Part shown: piece by piece, positions 27,507 to 37,317 of the stretch
Position numbering within the stretch: position 1 is the stretch's first letter
Layout: every line of letters begins with the position of its first letter
Assembly (NCBI RefSeq): GCF_988242995.1
Contig: NZ_OZ547043.1
Length of the DNA stretch: 64,000 nucleotides
Direction: 5' to 3' (one strand)
Translations under genes and position numbers: made by a program
The notes under the pieces: generated by a model
The model's input: the letters and a program-made list of their open reading frames with translations, nothing else
Told to the model about the DNA's origin: nothing
Databases searched by the model: none

Positions 27507-29789
27507 TTATTGCTCTGAATAACAATAAAACCAACTCCACTCATCAGCGACCGGATACGTAAATTTTTTCCCGTTGTAATTTACGGTCGCTCCACGCGCC
27601 AGCGCCTCCATCTCCCATCGCTGCGGCCTGATACCGTTCTGAGCAAGGTCAACGCGGATACGGGTAATTTGCATTCGTTCCGACCGGGTCAGTCTGGCCG
27701 ATGGCGCTATTTCATGCGGTTTTAGCGGGCTTCCGTTTCTTTGCTGACGATTTAGCGTTCTCAGCCCGTGTTTTAATGCGCCCCTGAGCGCCTTCACGAC
27801 CTCCGGGTCATTCCATTCGATAACACCGTCATTAACCAGATTAAGCACTGCTGCGGCGTGCTCAGAAGGTGTGGGAGCCGGTAACGAAGTATCACCACCA
27901 GTGAGCTTTCCACAGTTATTGACAGGACTCCGAGGCGCGGCGATGCCGCTTTTTAAAGTCAAAGGCTCAACGACCGGAACTTTCGGCACAATGCGCCAGT
28001 CCGTCGTTCTGGTGATATGAATATGACGCGCGCCGAGATGCGGCGCGTAAATGCCGACCACTCTCTCAACTTCTTCCTCGTACTCGTTAACGTCATCCGA
28101 CGGGCTACGGGCAACCCTGACAGTCTGACAATCGCGCGGGACATTTGCCCCACCCTGCGCGCTGATATACAACGCAAAATCACCACTGTCTGCGGCGGCG
28201 CGTGCAGCCTCGACGCGTTCGTCAAACTCATCAGCAATGCTGACGCCGCGAGGCAATTTGCGTAGTTCACGGTAAGCCCCCATTGTCGGCAGGCCAACCG
28301 TTTTAAATTGCGGGATGCGCCACGTTGACGCCCATGCGGTAACAGCCGCGGCAGTGTCATTCAGCGGTCTGCCGGTATCATTATCGAGCTGACCATCCAG
28401 TGCATATCCGTCGATATTTTTTGAGATGTATTTCGCGATATACCCCGCAGCACCGCCCCGGTTAAGGTGTTTCGCCTGAAAACGGTTTCGCGCGGCTCCT
28501 CTTTCGTCGCCATCCTCTTTGAGCGCGTAGCGACGCATGATTTCAATAATCTGGTTACGCTGGCGTGGATTACAAAAAAGCATCATATGCCAGTGCGGCG
28601 TTCCGTCGTGGTGTGGCTCGACGACTCGCAAACCGTAGACCTGTAAATCATTATCCTTGAATGCCGTGCGCATCAGGCTCCAGATACGGCAGAGATAACG
28701 CTGCGCATCCTTTGGATTAAATGCCTCATCGTTCCAGCCGTGATTAAGCTGGACGGTTTTACTTTCGCCTTTTCCGACCTGACGTGTCGGGTGATACTTT
28801 GACGGCGCGGTCAGCGTGATAAACATCCCCACATCACCCTCTGCGGCGGCGTAACGCTCAATACCGGCAATGGTGTTCATCAGCTCCATCCGGCGAATTT
28901 CAGGATTAGAAATACTGCCCATCACCTTACTGATAAGGTCGATGCGCTCGCCGGTTTCCCTGTTTTCAAGGTCACACGATTTAAGAAATTCCAGATTTGC
29001 CTGGCGGCGTGCACGTACATCACGAATGGCATGTTTACTGGCATAAGGAGAACGGTCTTTATTCACCTCCCCGACAGCAATCAGTAACGCCTCATGCCAG
29101 CGCATACGCTGGCCTTTAAGCTGATGAGTCCACCACTCATCGTTAAACAGACGGGCAATGGCAGAATATGCCTGCCTCGTGGTCATCTGTCCTTTACGGT
29201 ATTTTTTCCAGTAGAGAGGGGAAATATTGAAAGCACGTGCAGCGCCAGCAACATGACCATAGAGGTGAGCCTGCGCCTCATCCGTAAACAGCGATTCTTT
29301 CTCGCCATGCGCATCCACCCAGGCATCGCAGAGTTCCTCATACATCATGAAAAGCTGCGATGAGATACGGGCAGCAAATTTTTTCAGCTCCTTGTCATTC
29401 ATTCCCGGCAGGCGCGCATACTGGTCGCGCTCTGCCAGAAACAGCAACGACGCATCGGTGTTCATTTCATGGCGCTGATTCACACGATCAATGCGCGGCC
29501 ATAAACGACGCTGAAAAGTGGATGTGAGGAAATAAAACCCGTGCACTGGGCTTTTATTGCGCCTGATGTAGTCATAGCGTGAAGTAAACAGCGAGCGCAA
29601 AAAGTAAGGCAGGCGGTTAATCGTGGATAAAACACCTTGCACCTGACGCATCTCATCACGTGTAAGAGGTCTTTCGCGCCCGACAGCCTCGCGTGGCGCG
29701 TTCCATGCATAAGCACCGGTAAACATCTTACCGGTGCCTGCGGCAAATGCTGACGGAGGGACAAAACGCCCGGAGGCTTTAACGGCCAT
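27507..29789 (-). CDS. A: Replication initiation protein gpA (rolling-circle nickase)
   Basis: 761 aa from ATG 29789 (MAVKASGRFVPP...), P2 A length; track start 29831 is a TTG. Confidence 0.9.
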   Translation of the reverse strand: MAVKASGRFVPPSAFAAGTGKMFTGAYAWNAPREAVGRERPLTRDEMRQVQGVLSTINRLPYFLRSLFTSRYDYIRRNKSPVHGFYFLTSTFQRRLWPRIDRVNQRHEMNTDASLLFLAERDQYARLPGMNDKELKKFAARISSQLFMMYEELCDAWVDAHGEKESLFTDEAQAHLYGHVAGAARAFNISPLYWKKYRKGQMTTRQAYSAIARLFNDEWWTHQLKGQRMRWHEALLIAVGEVNKDRSPYASKHAIRDVRARRQANLEFLKSCDLENRETGERIDLISKVMGSISNPEIRRMELMNTIAGIERYAAAEGDVGMFITLTAPSKYHPTRQVGKGESKTVQLNHGWNDEAFNPKDAQRYLCRIWSLMRTAFKDNDLQVYGLRVVEPHHDGTPHWHMMLFCNPRQRNQIIEIMRRYALKEDGDERGAARNRFQAKHLNRGGAAGYIAKYISKNIDGYALDGQLDNDTGRPLNDTAAAVTAWASTWRIPQFKTVGLPTMGAYRELRKLPRGVSIADEFDERVEAARAAADSGDFALYISAQGGANVPRDCQTVRVARSPSDDVNEYEEEVERVVGIYAPHLGARHIHITRTTDWRIVPKVPVVEPLTLKSGIAAPRSPVNNCGKLTGGDTSLPAPTPSEHAAAVLNLVNDGVIEWNDPEVVKALRGALKHGLRTLNRQQRNGSPLKPHEIAPSARLTRSERMQITRIRVDLAQNGIRPQRWEMEALARGATVNYNGKKFTYPVADEWSWFYCYSEQ

Positions 29790-30054
29790 ATGAGCCAAAA
29801 GCCTCTGAGCAACGCTTGCTGAGTTGCTCAACCTGCGCGTTTAAATCAGCAAAAGACTTTGCGCTTCCGGTCAGAATATCGTGATGCATCAGGCCGGAAA
29901 CGAGCTGGCTTAATTTCGGGTAATAACCAACCACCGCCAGCCATTCCTGACCGGCGTTTTTACCGCTTTCCGCTCTCTTTTTCTCGTGGAGAATAAACTG
30001 AAAGCTGTCACTGGTAACGACATAACGTTCGCCAATTTCGATACGAATACTCAT
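29779..30054 (-). CDS. Small early protein (P2 orf83-like position)
   Basis: 91-aa ORF between B and A, coupled to neighbours. Confidence 0.6.
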   Translation of the reverse strand: MSIRIEIGERYVVTSDSFQFILHEKKRAESGKNAGQEWLAVVGYYPKLSQLVSGLMHHDILTGSAKSFADLNAQVEQLSKRCSEAFGSYGR

Positions 30055-30275
30055 GCCATTCTCCGGTAATGCTTGTTTTTTGCTTCAAAGACTGACTGAC
30101 AGGAAACACAACGCGTGGCTGACGGATAAGCCGCACGACGGGCAGCAGGTATTGGCGCGTCACACTCTTCGCAAACCAGCGCAGAAACACCGCAATGTTT
30201 CCCCCTTGCCGCGTTAATCTGGCGCTCCAGTAATTCAGCCTGTTGTTCCTGAATAAAATCCACGTTGTCCGGCAT
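30051..30275 (-). CDS. Small C4 zinc-finger protein, DksA/TraR-like
   Basis: 74 aa with C-x2-C ... C-x2-C (CEECDAP ... CVSCQ); P2 early region position. Confidence 0.7.
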   Translation of the reverse strand: MPDNVDFIQEQQAELLERQINAARGKHCGVSALVCEECDAPIPAARRAAYPSATRCVSCQSVFEAKNKHYRRMA

Positions 30276-30277
30276 TA

Positions 30278-30580
30278 TCAGCTCCTTTTATCGTTAAGTT
30301 TCCTGGATACATCAACGCAATAACTGGCAAGTTCTGTCGTTAATTTTGTTAGTTCATCCACTGAGGAAATTTGCTTGTGGAATACAGCGCGTTTAACAAG
30401 TAAATTGACCACATCAGACAGGAGGTTTAATTCATTCTGATAAATCGCGATAACAGATTCAGTTATGTCGCGTTTTTCTTTATCAAGACAAAGTTGAATA
30501 AGAGACAAATCGCCATTTTTCATAACGGCGATTTTTAAGGCGTTATTCAGTAATACAACTGAACGAGAACAGGACATCAA
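30278..30580 (-). CDS. Small early protein (P2 orf81-like position)
   Basis: 100-aa ORF, translationally coupled in the early operon. Confidence 0.55.
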
Positions 30581-30834
30581 AGCACCTCCCCGCGAGACAA
30601 TCCGATATTGTGAAATTTTTCCGACTCCTGACTGAGCAGCTCGACTATCTCCACGCGGGATAACTCCGCCTTTGTGATGTGGCGAATCATGGCGTCAAGA
30701 TGAGAAGAAAAGCGGGTCGCAGCGTCGGCCTGTGCTTCGGTTCTGGCCTGTTGCAGCAGTAATGCGTATATACCGCACTGATTTTCAGAAACTGTATGCA
30801 TGACTTTCTCCAGGCAAAAAGAAGCCCCGCACAA
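30577..30834 (-). CDS. Small early protein (P2 orf80-like position)
   Basis: 85-aa ORF overlapping the downstream start. Confidence 0.55.
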
Positions 30835-30864
30835 TTAAGTGCGTTAAAAACTCTGGTTAATTAC

Positions 30865-31365
30865 TTAATGCAGATATTGCTCTGGTTTTACCGACGTCAG
30901 AATTGTCGGTGCATACTCAAACAGACTGAATAATTCACGTAATGCACGGAATAAAGCATCACGCCAGTAACATGATTCTTCATTAATTCGCCAGTATGGC
31001 TGGTTAAATTCTTTTTCTGTCAGTCGTGCGTGCATAAATAAAGTGCGACGCTGACTGACTGTTAAAAAACTAATATATGCATACTCACTTGCGCCAACCT
31101 GACGGCGTTTTGAGAATGCCCCACGCAATTCATCAATTGCACATACCAGTCGTTCACGTTCGACATCATTCATTTCTTCAAAACGCATCGTTGCGTGACG
31201 CTGTTTTAACTGAGCATGGAAGCAAACCGTTAGCCGTTCGCGTTCCATCATCTGATTATAATAATCACATGTCTCCTGCCAGCGAGGGACGGCAAGATGC
31301 TTACCAATTATCCGGCGCATAGTTGCTGGCTGTTTTTCAACGAGATTGAGCGTCATCACTGTCAT
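30865..31365 (-). CDS. B: Replication protein gpB (helicase loader-like)
   Basis: 166 aa, P2 B length and position. Confidence 0.85.
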   Translation of the reverse strand: MTVMTLNLVEKQPATMRRIIGKHLAVPRWQETCDYYNQMMERERLTVCFHAQLKQRHATMRFEEMNDVERERLVCAIDELRGAFSKRRQVGASEYAYISFLTVSQRRTLFMHARLTEKEFNQPYWRINEESCYWRDALFRALRELFSLFEYAPTILTSVKPEQYLH

Positions 31366-31556
31366 TTCCAGACCCTCCGGCTTTTCAGAAAGGTCAGAGC
31401 CTTTTTTAACGGACTCTGTTTTTTGGTGCGGATAATGATTCCCTTACGCCCCTTACCGTGGGTGATGGTGAAGTCAATCGCCCTGGGGCTTTCGTTACGC
31501 AGTAACTGAGCAATACAACGAGGCTCATTCATACGGTTCTCCTTAACGTGGTTCAC
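31362..31556 (-). CDS. Small early protein (P2 orf78-like position)
   Basis: 64-aa basic ORF between cox and B. Confidence 0.55.
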   Translation of the reverse strand: MNHVKENRMNEPRCIAQLLRNESPRAIDFTITHGKGRKGIIIRTKKQSPLKKALTFLKSRRVWK

Positions 31557-31818
31557 CGAGACCTAACCACATCAACCAGCCGTCACGAATCTCTTTAGGA
31601 CGGCTTTCATAAGCCAGTTTTAGTCCGTTATTCCATGCCGGAAGGTATACCCAATATTCACCTGCACGACCTGAAGCTGATTGTGGATCGGTCATATCAA
31701 TTACTGGCAGCTTTCCTTTATCGATCATCCGACGAACCGCTCCTGTCGATTTTCCTATTAGTTTTGCGAACTCCTGATAAGGAATCGCATCAGTCATGAG
31801 TGTTACTTGCTTGCTCAT
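31543..31818 (-). CDS. cox: Cox (excisionase / repressor of Pc)
   Basis: 91 aa, P2 Cox length; first gene of early operon, divergent from C. Confidence 0.85.
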   Translation of the reverse strand: MSKQVTLMTDAIPYQEFAKLIGKSTGAVRRMIDKGKLPVIDMTDPQSASGRAGEYWVYLPAWNNGLKLAYESRPKEIRDGWLMWLGLGEPR

Positions 31819-31932
31819 GTCGTCCTCCAGCCCTCATGAATTGCGTTTAATGCCTTATAATGCCTTTTAGTGCCCACATCCAAGCACTAAACAATCTACA
31901 TCTAAACTAAATACTATTGAGATCTAAACACC
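31819..31932. promoter_or_regulatory. Pe/Pc divergent promoter-operator switch region between cox and C
   Basis: 114-bp AT-rich intergenic region between divergent cox and C, as in the P2 immunity switch. Confidence 0.5.
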
Positions 31933-32232
31933 ATGTCAAACACGATAAGCGAGAAGATAGTCTTAATGCGAAAATCAGAGTATTTGAGCAGACAACAACT
32001 TGCTGATTTAACAGGGGTTCCGTATGGCACGCTGAGTTACTATGAAAGTGGTCGTTCAACACCTCCAACAGATGTCATGATGAACATCCTGCAGACCCCA
32101 CAATTCACCAAATACACTTTATGGTTCATGACCAATCAGATCGCTCCTGAGTCCGGGCAAATTGCGCCCGCTCTCGCACACTTTGGGCAAAACGAAACAA
32201 CGTCGCCCCACTCCGGTCAAAAGACTGGTTAA
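31933..32232 (+). CDS. C: Immunity repressor C
   Basis: 99 aa, P2 C length; HTH near N-terminus (RQQLADLTGVPYGTLSYYESG). Confidence 0.85.
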   Translation: MSNTISEKIVLMRKSEYLSRQQLADLTGVPYGTLSYYESGRSTPPTDVMMNILQTPQFTKYTLWFMTNQIAPESGQIAPALAHFGQNETTSPHSGQKTG

Positions 32233-32347
32233 CAATTCATCGTGAATATATTCATCACAAGTGCCTACTATTGGTGGCTAAATTTCAGCCACCACGAAAA
32301 AAGCGATTAGTAGTCGCAAAAAAACACACCACTCGGAGGGTTTTCTG

Positions 32348-33361
32348 ATGGCAATCAAAAAACTCGATGATGGTCGATATGAAGTGGACATCCGCCCTAC
32401 TGGACGTAATGGAAAACGCATCCGTAGGAAGTTTGATAAGAAAAGCGAAGCTGTCGCTTTCGAGAAATACACGTTGTACAACCACCACAATAAAGAATGG
32501 CTATCAAAACCAACAGACAAGCGACGTCTGTCGGAGCTGACACAGATCTGGTGGGATTTAAAGGGTAAACACGAAGAGCATGGGAGATCTAATCTTGGAA
32601 AAATTGAAATCTTCACAAAAATAACGAATGACCCATGCGCATTTCAAATTTCGAAATCGCTTATCAGCCAGTACTGCGCCACCCGAAGAAGTCAGGGTAT
32701 TAAACCTTCGAGTATCAATCGTGATTTAACATGTATTAGCGGCATGTTTACAGCCCTGATTGAAGCGGAGTTATTCTTTGGTGAGCACCCTATCAGAGGG
32801 ACAAAAAGGCTTAAGGAGGAAAAACCAGACACAGGCTATCTCACGCAGGAAGAAATTGCCTTACTGCTTGCTGCTCTTGACGGCGACAACAAAAAGATTG
32901 CGATTCTTTGCCTGAGTACTGGAGCACGTTGGGGAGAAGCAGCTCGTTTGAAAGCAGAAAATATTATCCATAACCGCGTCACGTTTGTTAAAACGAAAAC
33001 AAACAAACCACGCACCGTCCCGATCTCAGAGGCTGTTGCCAAAATGATCGCGGATAACAAACGAGGTTTTTTATTCCCTGATGCTGATTACCCTCGCTTC
33101 AGACGAACAATGAAAGCAATAAAACCGGATTTGCCAATGGGGCAAGCCACACATGCACTAAGGCACAGCTTTGCCACTCATTTCATGATTAATGGAGGAA
33201 GTATTATCACGCTACAACGGATACTAGGTCACACACGGATTGAGCAAACTATGGTTTACGCTCATTTTGCGCCAGAGTACCTTCAGGACGCCATTTCTCT
33301 TAATCCGCTAAGAGGTGGTACTGAGGCTGAGAGTGTCCACACAGTGTCCACAGTAGAGTAA
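32348..33361 (+). CDS. int: Tyrosine integrase
   Basis: 337 aa, P2 Int length; catalytic-region motifs (ARWGE, HALRHSFATH, VYAHF); 80 bp from attR. Confidence 0.9.
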   Translation: MAIKKLDDGRYEVDIRPTGRNGKRIRRKFDKKSEAVAFEKYTLYNHHNKEWLSKPTDKRRLSELTQIWWDLKGKHEEHGRSNLGKIEIFTKITNDPCAFQISKSLISQYCATRRSQGIKPSSINRDLTCISGMFTALIEAELFFGEHPIRGTKRLKEEKPDTGYLTQEEIALLLAALDGDNKKIAILCLSTGARWGEAARLKAENIIHNRVTFVKTKTNKPRTVPISEAVAKMIADNKRGFLFPDADYPRFRRTMKAIKPDLPMGQATHALRHSFATHFMINGGSIITLQRILGHTRIEQTMVYAHFAPEYLQDAISLNPLRGGTEAESVHTVSTVE

Positions 33362-33440
33362 CGTTTAAGGGCTTTCAGTGGTAATTTATGCCGCTCAAAC
33401 CCGCATTGTACCGTTGAAAGCCCCTAATGGTGACACCCTA

Positions 33441-33467
33441 AATCTCCCTTACACGGGCTTATTTTTT
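33441..33467. repeat. attR core, 27 bp
   Basis: Exact copy of 1160-1186. Confidence 0.85.
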
Positions 33468-33637
33468 GTGCATAAACCATAGAGACGGATTGATCCCAGG
33501 TGACCGTCTTCCATTGACCACATCGATAGAATCTCCCTTCATAGCACGATGCCTTTCACGTAACGGCATCGTGCTCGCACAGGTTCCGGCTAAGCACAAC
33601 CAGAACGCGCATGTTTGACGCTTACCAAAAAATATTC

Positions 33638-33955
33638 TCACTCTCCACATTTGAATGTCAGACGAGCGACGCCATGTAATCCTGCACCTTCTGTCTTCAG
33701 GTCAACTATCTGCATTTTTTTGCCCTGAGTAACACAGAAATGAGCTGCATCATTTTTTACTATATTTTCTGCACCAGATATTCTGCCCCTGGCTAAAGAA
33801 GCTTCGGCTTCGGTGTAGTATTGGTTATCGAGTTTACGCTGAATATTACTTTTATATGCAAGACCAAATTTACCGATACTTGTCTCATCATTATGTACAG
33901 CACACCCAGACATAAGAAAAACACTAATTAATGATATAGCAGCTATCTTTTTCAT
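33638..33955 (-). CDS. yegR: Small lipoprotein YegR
   Basis: 105 aa from ATG 33955 (GGAAGG RBS); signal peptide plus lipobox (LMSGC); E. coli yegR position before yegS. Confidence 0.6.
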   Translation of the reverse strand: MKKIAAISLISVFLMSGCAVHNDETSIGKFGLAYKSNIQRKLDNQYYTEAEASLARGRISGAENIVKNDAAHFCVTQGKKMQIVDLKTEGAGLHGVARLTFKCGE

Positions 33956-34369
33956 CTTACCTTCCCCCATTAAATACCAACGACACGCTCTGGTGTTAAA
34001 ATATAATAATGGCATGATTATTATAATTGAATAGGATTATAATAAATGTTCTGTACAACATTTCCTACATAAGTAGGAATTACAAACATGAAGCCCTGCC
34101 CAGGTATCCCCATGAGGGCTTTAATATATTTAGAATAAGATAGTGAAGATGCCACTGTTTAGTTGAATATTAGGTATATGCTCTTTTTTGAAATTTACCG
34201 GTGGCTACCGTTAACATTCACTGTCCCCATTGCAAGCTCCTGGTGGTAACCACTGAATCCTCCATACTTGAACTGATTTTTTATCCTCCGACTTTCATCC
34301 TGTTCTGACTCCACCTTTTCTTTTCTGCTCTACACTATCTACAGACCAATCATAAAGGCACATACGATC

Positions 34370-35269
34370 ATGGCAGAATTTCCCGCCAGCTTACTGATTC
34401 TTAATGGCAAAAGTACTGACAATTTACCATTGCGCGAAGCAATTATGCTGTTGCGTGAGGAAGGAATGACGATCCATGTGCGGGTCACCTGGGAGAAAGG
34501 CGATGCCGCACGATATGTAGAGGAGGCCCGGAAGTTGGGCGTCGCAACGGTGATTGCCGGTGGTGGCGATGGCACCATTAATGAAGTTTCTACGGCGTTG
34601 ATTCAGTGTGAGGGGGATGACATACCCGCGCTAGGAATTTTGCCATTAGGAACCGCCAATGATTTTGCCACCAGTGTAAGGATTCCTGAGGCACTGGATA
34701 AGGCGCTGAAACTGGCAATTGCCGGTGACGCCATTGCGATAGATATGGCGCAGGTCAACAAACAAACCTGTTTTATTAATATGGCGACAGGCGGATTTGG
34801 GACGCGTATTACCACAGAAACGCCGGAAAAATTAAAAGCCGCGCTGGGTGGCGTCTCTTACATCATTCATGGCTTAATGCGCATGGATACTCTGCAACCG
34901 GACCGTTGTGAGATCCGCGGTGAAAACTTTCACTGGCAAGGTGACGCCCTGGTCATTGGTATTGGTAACGGGCGTCAGGCCGGTGGCGGTCAGCAATTGT
35001 GCCCGAACGCGTTAATTAACGATGGCTTGCTGCAACTGCGCATTTTTACCGGCGATGAAATTCTTCCGGCTCTCGTATCAACATTAAAATCTGACGAAGA
35101 TAACCCGAATATTATCGAAGGCGCTTCGTCGTGGTTTGATATACAAGCCCCACACGAAATCACTTTTAATCTTGATGGCGAACCGTTGAGCGGACAAAAC
35201 TTTCATATTGAAATACTTCCGGCGGCGTTGCGTTGTCGATTACCACCAGATTGCCCATTGTTGCGTTAA
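34370..35269 (+). CDS. yegS: Lipid kinase YegS (DAGK catalytic domain)
   Basis: 299 aa; GGDGT motif of diacylglycerol-kinase-like fold. Confidence 0.85.
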   Translation: MAEFPASLLILNGKSTDNLPLREAIMLLREEGMTIHVRVTWEKGDAARYVEEARKLGVATVIAGGGDGTINEVSTALIQCEGDDIPALGILPLGTANDFATSVRIPEALDKALKLAIAGDAIAIDMAQVNKQTCFINMATGGFGTRITTETPEKLKAALGGVSYIIHGLMRMDTLQPDRCEIRGENFHWQGDALVIGIGNGRQAGGGQQLCPNALINDGLLQLRIFTGDEILPALVSTLKSDEDNPNIIEGASSWFDIQAPHEITFNLDGEPLSGQNFHIEILPAALRCRLPPDCPLLR

Positions 35270-35350
35270 TCACACTATTCTCTCTTGAACCAGGGAGAAT
35301 CCGTAATGCCGGATGCGGTGTAAAAACTTTATCCGGCATACAGAGCAATA

Positions 35351-36130
35351 CTACACCGTAATTAATTTCACCCGTGTCTTCTGCAATGCCAGTTTATCCA
35401 CCTCTGACACGGCATCATCGGTAATAATAATGTCAATTTTTTCGATTGGCAGTACCTGATTAAAACCGCGACGATTAAATTTCGATGAATCGAGAACGGC
35501 AATCACTTTATTTGCGGCTGTAACCATCGCCCCGCTAATCGAATAACCTTCATTAAAGGTCGTAATACCATTAACCGCATCAATACCATCAGCACCGACA
35601 AACATTAAATCGGCATTAATATCCTGCAATGAACGCTCGGCAATGGAACCATGCATCGAGCGTGTTTTATGGCGGACGGTCCCACCACAGACGACCAGAG
35701 TAATGTCTTTATTTTCGGAAAGGGCAAATGCTGCCGGGAGACTGTTGGTAATCACCGTGATATTTTTGGCGGTCATTAATCCTTCGGCGATAAGCATTGT
35801 CGTACTTCCGCTGTCGAGAATAACGGTCATCCCTTCGTGGATCATTTTGACTGCCGCCTGCGCTATTCTGTTTTTTGGCGCGCTGGCGAGCTGAAATCGC
35901 TCTTTAAACCCAACTTCCTGGGTCTCGGTTTCACTATTACCGGACATTATTTTCGCCGCACCGCCATGAAAGCGCGTAACCACGCCTTTTTGTTCGAGAA
36001 AGCGCAAATCGGCACGGATTGTCGCTTCCGAGGCAGCAAATACTCCCGCCAGATCCTGAACAAGCACGGTTCCCTGTTCATTCACTAATTGGATGATCTT
36101 ATTCCTTCGCTCGAATGAATTCATCGTCAT
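35351..36130 (-). CDS. gatR: DeoR-family galactitol operon repressor GatR (uninterrupted)
   Basis: 259 aa, N-terminal HTH, DeoR C-terminal sugar-binding region; downstream of gatD. Confidence 0.8.
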   Translation of the reverse strand: MTMNSFERRNKIIQLVNEQGTVLVQDLAGVFAASEATIRADLRFLEQKGVVTRFHGGAAKIMSGNSETETQEVGFKERFQLASAPKNRIAQAAVKMIHEGMTVILDSGSTTMLIAEGLMTAKNITVITNSLPAAFALSENKDITLVVCGGTVRHKTRSMHGSIAERSLQDINADLMFVGADGIDAVNGITTFNEGYSISGAMVTAANKVIAVLDSSKFNRRGFNQVLPIEKIDIIITDDAVSEVDKLALQKTRVKLITV

Positions 36131-36229
36131 TTACCCATATTCAATTGTGGCTAGTGTAAACGAAGGGGGACCATTGGTGAATGATCTGTTTTGCACAATA
36201 CCGGGCCAGCATCACGCTGGCCCGCGGTT

Positions 36230-37270
36230 TCAGGGAATGAGCAACACTTTGCCCGGCATAGCATTACGAGCGATGTCACGCACCGCCTGGGCGAAGCTTT
36301 CAAAGCTTCCACGGTGAGCGATTAATGGCTCCAGGCTTAACTTACGTTCTGTCAGCAACCGGCTCGCCGTTTCCCACTCCTGCCCCGGCCAAGGGCTGGA
36401 GTAGTTCATCCAGCTGCCGATAACCGTCAGCTCTTTACGTAATATTTTGCCAAACGTTGTCGATGTTAAATGCAGATCCTGATGCAACGTGCCCACCAGC
36501 GCCAGCTGGGCATGAGGCCCGGCAATCTCTACCGCCAGTTCGACGGTTTTCGGGACGCCAGCCGTCTCGAGGATAAGCTGATTAAAGCGCAGCTCGCGTA
36601 AAACGCCCTGCATTTGCGGCGCGCTCATTTCAAGGCTGTTAAATGTTAGCATCGCCCCGAAAGATTTTGCCAGAGCCAGTTTTTCTGAGCTAATGTCGAT
36701 AGCCGTCACACTCTTTGCTCCCAGCGCGACAGCGCACTGAATTGCCAGCAGGCCAATGGTTCCGGCACCAATAATAATAACGTTTTTATTCTCACAACCT
36801 TGCGCTAAATGAAAAGCATGCAGGCCAACGGTAATCGGCTCAATAAAAGCCCCATCCTCAATAGACATATCCGTGGGTAGAGCAAAGACATTTTTTCGCT
36901 TAACGACAATATATTCAGCAAATCCACCATCACGCCGCGAGCCAATAAAATCATATTTTGCGCACTGGGAATAAAACCCTTTCAAACACTCTGGACAAGT
37001 AAAACAGGGTAATAACGGCACACAGGCAACCGCATCGCCAGGGTGTAAATCATCAACACCGGATCCCACCGCATCAATATAGCCGCTAAATTCATGGCCT
37101 AACGTTATTGGATAATAATGTGCACCATTTTTAAATATCCTGGGTAAATCGGAACCACATAAGCCCGAGCTGGCAATTTTTACCCGCACCTGATCCTGAT
37201 GTTTAATTTCAGGAATGACGCTTTCTGCAATGCGCACGATACCATCAGTATCATTCACCACTGATTTCAT
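36230..37270 (-). CDS. gatD: Galactitol-1-phosphate 5-dehydrogenase
   Basis: 346 aa, zinc-dependent medium-chain dehydrogenase motifs (GHEFSG; GAGTIG). Confidence 0.85.
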   Translation of the reverse strand: MKSVVNDTDGIVRIAESVIPEIKHQDQVRVKIASSGLCGSDLPRIFKNGAHYYPITLGHEFSGYIDAVGSGVDDLHPGDAVACVPLLPCFTCPECLKGFYSQCAKYDFIGSRRDGGFAEYIVVKRKNVFALPTDMSIEDGAFIEPITVGLHAFHLAQGCENKNVIIIGAGTIGLLAIQCAVALGAKSVTAIDISSEKLALAKSFGAMLTFNSLEMSAPQMQGVLRELRFNQLILETAGVPKTVELAVEIAGPHAQLALVGTLHQDLHLTSTTFGKILRKELTVIGSWMNYSSPWPGQEWETASRLLTERKLSLEPLIAHRGSFESFAQAVRDIARNAMPGKVLLIP

Positions 37271-37317
37271 AAAAACTCCTGATTGTTAAGGGGGATTACC
37301 TCCCCCTCAGGTAAAAA

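Larger units (their letters stand above)
1160..33467. mobile_element. Complete P2-like (Peduovirus-type) prophage, ~32.3 kb, integrated in cyaR 3' end
   Basis: Bounded by 27-bp direct repeats; gene order ogr-D-U-T-E-FII-FI-[cargo]-G-H-I-J-W-V-S-R-lysCBA-K-Y-X-L-M-N-O / P-Q-cos-[cargo]-A-orfs-B-cox / C-int matches P2 integrated at attP between ogr and int. Confidence 0.9.
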
